Assembly: GCA_964621005.1 (NCBI GenBank)
Contig: CAZUIF010000016.1
Span: 4,565 to 68,564 of the forward strand
DNA length: 64,000 nt
Source: an uncultured Rikenella sp.
GTDB taxonomy: Bacteria; Bacteroidota; Bacteroidia; Bacteroidales; VadinHA17
Direction of reading: 5' to 3'
Shown: piece after piece, positions 42,954-50,163 of the stretch
Layout: each line of letters starts with the position of its first letter
Position numbering within the stretch: the first letter of the stretch is position 1
The notes under the pieces: model-generated
Databases searched by the model: none
What the model was told of the DNA's origin: nothing
What the model saw: only the letters and a program-made list of their open reading frames with translations
Translations under genes and position numbers: made by a program

Positions 42954-45338
42954 ATGAAACTGCCTGTAAAGCATATCAGCCTGCCCCGTACTCTGAAGGA
43001 ATTGTTCCTCCCGGTGATCATCTTCCTGATGCTGCCGGTTTCGCTTTGCGGTCAGACAGTAAAGATTCCCGGCACGGGCTTCTCTGACAATGCGCTCAAC
43101 ATAGAGGAAATTCACCTGGTTACCGACAGGGATATATATATAGCCGGGGAGCAGGTTTATTTCTCCGTATCCCAGACCGGTCGCCTTACTCATACGCCGG
43201 GCACACTCAGCAAGGTTGTCTATGTTGACCTCCTTGACAGTTATAAGACGCCTGTTATCCAGGTCAAGACAGGCACTGACGGTTTTACCGGATCAGGGGT
43301 TTTCCGGATACCCGATACCCTACGTACCGGGAACTACTTCATCCGGTCATTCACCAACCTGATGAAGAACTACCCGCAGGCACTGTTTGCATACCGGATG
43401 ATAACCGTGGTCAATCCTTTCAGGAGCCTGACCGCTATCAAGGTTCCCCCGTCGGATCACCTGGCTGACAGTGTGGTTTTCTTCCCCGAGACAGGATCAC
43501 TGGTTGCCGGGCTTAAAAGCCGCCTGGGGTTGAAATGCTTCAATGCCGCAGGTGACCCTGTTGTAATCAGCGGAACGGTTCTGACAGCTGCCGGGGATAC
43601 GGTTGCTGCATTCACAACGGACAGGCATGGCACGGCTCTCTTTGAACTGACCCCTCCTGATGCAGGAAAACTTAGCATGGCCGTCACTGACCGGAACGGA
43701 GCGGGAAGACGATTTGACCTGCCGAAGGTCATGGATGCCGGGCTGACATTTCATATCGGGCCGGGAAGCACTCAGGGTGAAGTATCACTCCGCCTGGCGG
43801 TCAACGACCGTCTAAGGGGAACTCCGGTAAAGGTTGTTTATTCCCCTGTCTGTTTTGCGCCGGTTGTGAAGGAGGTCTTTTCTGCGGGCAATCCTGTAGT
43901 CACATTTGAGCCAGGCAGCGTGCCTGCCGGGCTGGCCAGGGTGACAGTGACCGATACGGATGGGCAGGAACTAGCCTCAAGATGGTATTATCATGCTTCC
44001 CTGCCTCCGGCAAAACTTGATGTAAGCATAAGTTCAGCCTTACTCTCTTCACGTGAAAAGGGGAGCGTTGCTTTAAAAATAAGTGACGGGTCAGGGAATC
44101 CCCTCGCAGGAGTCATTTCAGTATCGGTGGTAAAGACAGCACTTGTCAACGAAAGCAGTTATGATGAGCTCGCCGGGAATGTGCAACTGCCTTCGGTCCA
44201 GTCATTCAGGACAGAAATTGAAGAGCCTGATATAAATGATTTCCTCGTATTCTGTGATGAGAACGGCGACCTGCGTGGTTCTTCAGGCCTGAAAGGAGAA
44301 ATTGTATACCTGCCTGAATCAGAAGGCCACCTTATTACGGGGGTTGTAAGGGATATTGAAACCGATGAACCTCTTGCCGGAGAGGAACTGACTCTTTCAG
44401 TTGTCGGGCGGACTGCCCGCTGCAGTTTCACCAGGAGCGACAGTGATGGCAGGTTCAGTTTCCCGGTCATGGAATATGGCAGGAAGGAGATTGTGATCCA
44501 AAGGCTTAACCCGGGTGAAGGAGGTTACTATATTGACCTGAACGATCCCTTCCTCTTCGAGATGAGGCTGAGCCGGTTCCCCGGCCCGTACTATCCGGAC
44601 ACAACGCGGCTCAGGGAGCTGAATGATGCCATCATCAGCATGCAGGTCAGCAGCATCTATGATCCTTTCCTGAAAAAGGGAAGGGTAAGCCTTTCAGGTG
44701 AAACTCTCAGGGGGTTTTTCGGGGAGCCGGACCGTACGGTACAGCTTTCTGACTTCATTCAGCTCACAACGCTCAGGGAGGTGTTCAAGGAGATCGTCCC
44801 GGGGCTTACAACCAGCGGAAGGGATGAGAATCTCACCTTAAACCTGGCAAACCGTTATCCCGGTGTCGTCTTTAATGCACCGCCCCTGGTAATCCTTGAC
44901 GGCATTCCTGTGTATGATCTCGAAAAGATCCTTGACATACCGTCATCGCAGATTGAGAAGGTAGAGGTGCTGAGCGCTAGGTACTTCACCGGCGATATAA
45001 TTCTGAACGGTATCATAAACATCATTTCGCACAAGGGCGACCTGAGCGTACTTGATTTCGACAGATCCATACTGAGGCAGGAGTACGATATGTTACTCGA
45101 CAGCTATGATGTAGCTGCACCTGATTACTCCACAGACTCACTGAAGATAAGCCGGATCCCTGATTACAGGAACACCCTGTACTGGAATCCCGCGGTAAGG
45201 ACCGGCGCAGACGGGTCAGCTTCTGTAGAATTCTGGACCCCGGATGAGGAAGGTGAATACTGCATAATTGCCGATTGTCTTGCTGCCGACGGCCGGCGGG
45301 CCAGGAAGGTGACTCCCTTTAAGGTTGCAAAAAATTAG
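42954..45338 (+). CDS. Large secreted protein with MG2-like N-terminus, carboxypeptidase-regulatory-like domain and a Plug-like segment but no beta-barrel
   Basis: MG2-like HLVTDRDIYIAGEQVYFSVS...VVYVDLLD. CarboxypepD_reg HLITGVVRDIETDEPLAGEELTLSVVG...DSDGRFSF. Plug-like PPLVILDGIPVYDLEKILDIPSSQIEKVEVLSARY. Tail YWNPAVRTGADGSASVEFWTPDEEGEY. Confidence 0.55.
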   Translation: MKLPVKHISLPRTLKELFLPVIIFLMLPVSLCGQTVKIPGTGFSDNALNIEEIHLVTDRDIYIAGEQVYFSVSQTGRLTHTPGTLSKVVYVDLLDSYKTPVIQVKTGTDGFTGSGVFRIPDTLRTGNYFIRSFTNLMKNYPQALFAYRMITVVNPFRSLTAIKVPPSDHLADSVVFFPETGSLVAGLKSRLGLKCFNAAGDPVVISGTVLTAAGDTVAAFTTDRHGTALFELTPPDAGKLSMAVTDRNGAGRRFDLPKVMDAGLTFHIGPGSTQGEVSLRLAVNDRLRGTPVKVVYSPVCFAPVVKEVFSAGNPVVTFEPGSVPAGLARVTVTDTDGQELASRWYYHASLPPAKLDVSISSALLSSREKGSVALKISDGSGNPLAGVISVSVVKTALVNESSYDELAGNVQLPSVQSFRTEIEEPDINDFLVFCDENGDLRGSSGLKGEIVYLPESEGHLITGVVRDIETDEPLAGEELTLSVVGRTARCSFTRSDSDGRFSFPVMEYGRKEIVIQRLNPGEGGYYIDLNDPFLFEMRLSRFPGPYYPDTTRLRELNDAIISMQVSSIYDPFLKKGRVSLSGETLRGFFGEPDRTVQLSDFIQLTTLREVFKEIVPGLTTSGRDENLTLNLANRYPGVVFNAPPLVILDGIPVYDLEKILDIPSSQIEKVEVLSARYFTGDIILNGIINIISHKGDLSVLDFDRSILRQEYDMLLDSYDVAAPDYSTDSLKISRIPDYRNTLYWNPAVRTGADGSASVEFWTPDEEGEYCIIADCLAADGRRARKVTPFKVAKN

Positions 45339-45404
45339 TAACTTTAGCCTGCCGTTCTCTCAATCTGAGATATTGCGGCATATGTCGGACCAACCTGTGA
45401 CCGG

Positions 45405-45803
45405 ATGAAAAGAGCACTTTTACTGATGCTTGTGGCCATGACGGCATCCTGCAGCACTTTGAGGAAGAGCACCCCTGCAATTCCGGAAGATGACCTGATC
45501 ATTACAAGAAAATATGTGGGAGATTTCATAGAGTACCGGCATACCGGGCCTGAGAATTATGAAGGTCCCAATATCATCTGGATAAAGACCACAATGGAAG
45601 ATCAATACGGGAAGATATCTGCCTACGGCCGGAAATGTGACTTCGCCGCAGGCGAAAGGCTCTACATCAGGCAGATATTTTACAGTCCCGGCATAGTCTC
45701 AGGTTACTGGGTTTATGTGATTGAAAACGATTCGGACGTATCATACCGCGCCACTGATCTTCAGCATGACCGCGAGGTTTTCATTAAAACATGGTTTGAA
45801 TAA
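45405..45803 (+). CDS. Hypothetical small lipoprotein
   Basis: Signal and lipobox MKRALLLMLVAMTASCS. No family recognised. Confidence 0.5.
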   Translation: MKRALLLMLVAMTASCSTLRKSTPAIPEDDLIITRKYVGDFIEYRHTGPENYEGPNIIWIKTTMEDQYGKISAYGRKCDFAAGERLYIRQIFYSPGIVSGYWVYVIENDSDVSYRATDLQHDREVFIKTWFE

Positions 45804-45824
45804 CTTCCAGATCAGATTTCGTAA

Positions 45825-47138
45825 ATGAAGAGCATTATTCTGACCGCATTTCAGAAGTTTGACCGGTCCCAGAGCCTGGGAGGTATCCTTCTGTTTGGTG
45901 CTACTGTTGTCGCGCTGGTAATGGCCAACACCCAGCTGGGTGATTTCTATGACACTCTCAGGGAAACTCCACTGGGTTTTGAAGCCGGGAGTTTCAGTCT
46001 TAAGAAGCCTTTGCTCCTGTGGGTCAATGACGGTCTGATGGCCATTTTCTTTTTCATGATCGGTCTTGAGATCAAGAGGGAACTGATGATTGGTGAGCTG
46101 AATTCACCATCAAAGGCAGCCCTGCCCCTCGTTGCTGCAATGGGGGGGATGCTAGTTCCGGTTGCCTTTTATCTCATCCTCAATAATAACCCTCAGGCAT
46201 CGCAGGGCTGGGGCATACCGATGGCAACTGACATAGCCTTCTCCCTGGCTATACTGAAACTGCTGGGCAACAGGGTGCCTGTAGGCCTGAAGGTTTTCCT
46301 GGCCGCCTTTGCAATAATTGATGACATAGGCGCCGTGATGGTCATAGCACTGTTTTACAGTTCCTCCATTGACTGGATGATGCTTGCATGGGCTGCAATT
46401 CCGATGTCAGTTCTGGTATTTCTGAACCTCAGGAACGTTTTTTCCAAATATCTTCACCTGGCCTGCGGCATCCTGATCTGGTATTTTTTCCTTAAATCCG
46501 GAATTCATCCCACTATAGCCGGTGTGCTGCTGGCCTTTACTGTTCCGTTAAGGCAGAAGACTGATGCCCATACCTTTACCCAGGAGATGTGCAGGATTGC
46601 CGATGAATTCAGGGCGCATGATTCTGACCGGACACCGTTGCTTACGCCTGAACAGATAGAGAGGATTGATGACATTGAAGAGTGGACGGGAAAGGTGCAG
46701 TCACCCCTGCAGCATCTGGAACACGTTCTGCACGGCTGGGTAGCCATGTTCATTATGCCTGTCTTTGCGTTTTTCAATACCGGTGTGGCTTTCCGAGCCG
46801 GAATGAACCCGGATGTCCCGCTTATCACCTCTTTGGCTGTCAGCCTCTTCCTTGGAAAGACTGTCGGAGTGACCCTGTTTTCATATGCCGGGATGAAACT
46901 TAAGTTTGCAAGTCTTCCCCAGGGAGTCACTTTTGGTCAGATATTCGGTACCGCGATGCTTGCGGGGGTCGGATTCACGATGTCGATGTTCATTGCCAGC
47001 CTCGCATTTTCAAACGCTGCGGTGCTGATGGATTCGGCAAAGATCGGCATTATGACCGGATCACTTGTATCAGGAGTTGCCGGGTACCTTATGCTCAGGT
47101 ATTGCAGGAGGATGGGCGAACACGGCACCGGCACCTGA
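45825..47138 (+). CDS. nhaA: Na+/H+ antiporter NhaA
   Basis: The NhaA fold signature is present, including AFAIIDDIGAV (the paired Asp equivalent to E. coli D163/D164) and WVNDGLMAIFFF. Confidence 0.9.
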   Translation: MKSIILTAFQKFDRSQSLGGILLFGATVVALVMANTQLGDFYDTLRETPLGFEAGSFSLKKPLLLWVNDGLMAIFFFMIGLEIKRELMIGELNSPSKAALPLVAAMGGMLVPVAFYLILNNNPQASQGWGIPMATDIAFSLAILKLLGNRVPVGLKVFLAAFAIIDDIGAVMVIALFYSSSIDWMMLAWAAIPMSVLVFLNLRNVFSKYLHLACGILIWYFFLKSGIHPTIAGVLLAFTVPLRQKTDAHTFTQEMCRIADEFRAHDSDRTPLLTPEQIERIDDIEEWTGKVQSPLQHLEHVLHGWVAMFIMPVFAFFNTGVAFRAGMNPDVPLITSLAVSLFLGKTVGVTLFSYAGMKLKFASLPQGVTFGQIFGTAMLAGVGFTMSMFIASLAFSNAAVLMDSAKIGIMTGSLVSGVAGYLMLRYCRRMGEHGTGT

Positions 47139-47166
47139 ATGATTTGACATACAGTAATATTGAAAG

Positions 47167-48282
47167 ATGAAAAGAAAATCGAAAACAGAGAACCCGAACC
47201 TGCAGACTGAAATTGATGCCAGCTTTCTCTACGCGAGACTGGCAGATAATGAAGACGATGCCGTAATTGCCGGTGTTTTCAGGGAGATGAGTGAGATTGA
47301 AAAAGGTCATGCAGAGGCTTTTGCAAAATCTGGAGATGAGAATGCCGGAATCCTTTTAATACCGTCCTGGCGCGCGCGTACCATTGATCTCATCGGAAGG
47401 ATTTTCGGCTACAATTATGTCCTGGGTGTTCTGATGGATACGGAGAAGAGCATCTCGGGTGCCCTTATTGCAGGAAGGAAAAACAGGAAGGAGGCTGTTA
47501 AGGGGTCTGACACAAATCACGTAAAAATTCTTCGCTCCATCCTTGAACGACAGTCGGATATTGAAGGCAGGCATCTGGCAAAATTTGAAAGCCGTCACAG
47601 ATCTGTGGGCGGGAATGCAATAAGAGCTGCAGTACTTGGGGGTAATGACGGACTGGTTTCAAACTTCAGCCTGATAATGGGTGTTGCCGGAGCCACTTCA
47701 GGACAGGGAGGAGTATTGCTTGCCGGAATATCAGGGATGCTCGCCGGAGGCCTGTCAATGGCCCTTGGAGAATGGATCTCGGTGAAAAGCTCACAGGAAC
47801 TTTACCAGAATCAGATGAATCTTGAAATGGATGAAATTGAAACAAATCCTGAAGGAGAAAAGAGAGAACTGATGCTGATTTACAAGGCGAAGGGTATTCC
47901 TGAACAACAGGCAAGGCAGCTGACGGATGAGATATTTACTGACAGGAGCAGGGCGCATGAAGTGCTGGTAAGGGAGGAACTGGGAATAAATGCGGAGGAA
48001 TTGAAAGGCTCCGCCATTGAAGCTGCCATATATTCCTTTGTACTTTTTTCGGCCGGCGCGATAATCCCGGTCATACCGTTCCTTTTTACAGCAGGGATGA
48101 AAGCAATAGCCTTATGCGTAGGTTTAAGCGCTGCAGGGTTGTTTCTGATCGGTGCGGCAATTACCCTTTTCACCGGAAGGAATGTCTGGTTTTCAGGCTT
48201 CAGGCAGGTACTGTTCGGCATAGCCGCCGCTGCAGTCACCTTTGGCATCGGGAAACTGATAGGCGTTTCAGTTACAGGATGA
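47167..48282 (+). CDS. VIT1/CCC1-family iron/manganese transporter with N-terminal ferritin-like domain
   Basis: C-terminal VIT core AAVLGGNDGLVSNFSLIMGVAGA with 5 TM helices. N-terminal ferritin/rubrerythrin-like helices (EIDASFLYARLADNE...EIEKGHAEAF). Confidence 0.8.
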   Translation: MKRKSKTENPNLQTEIDASFLYARLADNEDDAVIAGVFREMSEIEKGHAEAFAKSGDENAGILLIPSWRARTIDLIGRIFGYNYVLGVLMDTEKSISGALIAGRKNRKEAVKGSDTNHVKILRSILERQSDIEGRHLAKFESRHRSVGGNAIRAAVLGGNDGLVSNFSLIMGVAGATSGQGGVLLAGISGMLAGGLSMALGEWISVKSSQELYQNQMNLEMDEIETNPEGEKRELMLIYKAKGIPEQQARQLTDEIFTDRSRAHEVLVREELGINAEELKGSAIEAAIYSFVLFSAGAIIPVIPFLFTAGMKAIALCVGLSAAGLFLIGAAITLFTGRNVWFSGFRQVLFGIAAAAVTFGIGKLIGVSVTG

Positions 48283-48297
48283 TTAAAAAGGCATCGT

Positions 48298-49560
48298 ATG
48301 TTCAGGTTCTTGCGTAACATAGACAGCAAGCACCACAAAAGGCAGTTTGGGGCTCTTGACATATTGAAGTTTATTGGTCCCGGACTGCTTGTTACAGTGG
48401 GATTCATTGATCCGGGCAACTGGGCCTCAAACCTTGCCGCCGGGGCAAATTACGGCTATGCTCTCCTGTGGATGGTTACACTGTCTACAATAATGCTGGT
48501 CTTGCTTCAGCATAATGTGGCACACCTGGGTATCGTAACCGGATTGTGTCTTTCCGAGGCCGCCGCCCTTTACGTAAAGAGACGTTATGCAAGAATGCTC
48601 CTCTCCTCAGCCATGCTCGCTTCGGTTTCAACATCGCTGGCTGAGATCCTCGGAGGAGCGATAGCCCTGAACATGTTATTCTCCGTTCCGATAAAGGCAG
48701 GAGCAGTACTGGTTACCATATTTGTAATGGTAATGCTGTATTCAAATTCTTACAGGGCGATCGAGAAATGGATCATTGCCTTCGTTTCTGTCATAGGGCT
48801 CTCTTTCCTGTACGAACTCTCTCTTGTTGATATAGAATGGGGAAGTGCGGTAAAGGGATGGGTTACCCCTTCATTTCCTGACGGCTCAATGATAATCATC
48901 ATGAGTGTGCTGGGAGCCGTGGTGATGCCTCATAACCTCTTCCTGCACTCAGAGATAATTCAGAGCCGGCAATGGAATCTGCAGGACGAAAATGTAATTA
49001 AAAAGCAGCTGAAGTATGAATTTGCTGATACCATGACATCAATGGTCATCGGATGGGCAATAAACAGCGCCATGATACTTCTTGCTGCCGCCACCTTCTT
49101 CCGGGCACGCATACCTGTTACAGAGCTTCAGCAGGCCAACCACCTGCTTGCACCACTCCTGGGCAGTCATGCTTCGGTTGTCTTTGCAGTGGCACTGCTG
49201 TTTTCCGGCGTAGCCTCCACAATAACTTCAGGTATGGCGGCAGGAACAATTTTCGCCGGGATGTTCGGAGAACCCTATGACATAAAAGACAACCATTCAA
49301 GACTCGGTGTTGCAATCTCACTGGTGCTTGCACTGGTGATTATCTTCCTGATCTCAGACCCCTTCAGGGGCCTGATATTATCGCAGATGGTTTTGAGTAT
49401 GCAGCTTGCTTTCACCATTTTCCTGCAGGTTTACCTTACTTCCTCCGAAAGGGTGATGGGGAAATACAGGAATTCACTCATTTCCAAAGTTGTATTATAT
49501 GGCCTTGGCGGAATTGTTACCCTGCTTAACATAGCGCTTGTCATCAGTTTTTTTAAATAA
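48298..49560 (+). CDS. mntH: Nramp-family divalent metal (Mn2+/Fe2+) transporter
   Basis: GPGLLVTVGFIDPGNWASNLAAG (DPGN motif) and VVMPHNLFLHSEI. Confidence 0.9.
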   Translation: MFRFLRNIDSKHHKRQFGALDILKFIGPGLLVTVGFIDPGNWASNLAAGANYGYALLWMVTLSTIMLVLLQHNVAHLGIVTGLCLSEAAALYVKRRYARMLLSSAMLASVSTSLAEILGGAIALNMLFSVPIKAGAVLVTIFVMVMLYSNSYRAIEKWIIAFVSVIGLSFLYELSLVDIEWGSAVKGWVTPSFPDGSMIIIMSVLGAVVMPHNLFLHSEIIQSRQWNLQDENVIKKQLKYEFADTMTSMVIGWAINSAMILLAAATFFRARIPVTELQQANHLLAPLLGSHASVVFAVALLFSGVASTITSGMAAGTIFAGMFGEPYDIKDNHSRLGVAISLVLALVIIFLISDPFRGLILSQMVLSMQLAFTIFLQVYLTSSERVMGKYRNSLISKVVLYGLGGIVTLLNIALVISFFK

Positions 49561-49608
49561 CTTTCAGGATATTTGAAATCAATCCTGCCCGGCAAATATT
49601 GATGAAAC

Positions 49609-50163
49609 ATGGATAAAGGTGAGCTCTATTTTATTGCCCTCATCCCTCATGTTGAACTGAGGAATGAAATACGGGCGGTAAAGGAGAGAATGCGGCTGGA
49701 ATATGGGGCAGGGCACGCGCTCAGGTCGCCGGCCCATATTACGCTGCAGATGCCGTTTAAACGCAGCAGTACGGAAGAGCCTGCAATATCGGCAGCACTG
49801 AGGAGGTTTGCCTTCGGCGAAGAACCGTTCGCAGTTGATCTTGACGGATACGGATGCTTCGCCCCGAGGGTCATATTTATCCGTATCACGAACCCGGAAC
49901 CGGTGAGGGCACTGCACGGGCGTCTGAAGCAGGTTCTTGCCGGGGAGCTTCAATTCCCGAAAGGCGGGATCATGAATGATGTCCAGCCTCATATAACAGT
50001 TGCAACGCGTGATCTGACAAAGGAATCATTTGCTGATGCCTGGCCTGAAATGAAGGATGAGGAATTCAGTGGATCATTTCATGTTCAGAGTCTTTTTCTC
50101 CTGAAGCATAACGGGAAGCACTGGGACATACTGGAAGAATTTCCGTTCGGTAAAAATGGATAG
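49609..50163 (+). CDS. 2H phosphoesterase / 2'-5' RNA ligase (LigT/ThpR-like)
   Basis: Two H-x-T-x motifs, AHITLQMPF and PHITVATRD, in a ~184-aa protein. Confidence 0.75.
   Translation: MDKGELYFIALIPHVELRNEIRAVKERMRLEYGAGHALRSPAHITLQMPFKRSSTEEPAISAALRRFAFGEEPFAVDLDGYGCFAPRVIFIRITNPEPVRALHGRLKQVLAGELQFPKGGIMNDVQPHITVATRDLTKESFADAWPEMKDEEFSGSFHVQSLFLLKHNGKHWDILEEFPFGKNG

Noticed and set aside
47880-48419. 179-aa minus-strand ORF spanning the VIT1/mntH junction
   Set aside because: It is antisense to two well-supported transporter genes. Treated as a shadow ORF.
49565-49587. Hairpin CAGGAT-N11-ATCCTG after mntH, as a terminator
   Set aside because: A 6-bp stem with an 11-nt loop and no following T-tract. 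Too weak to call.
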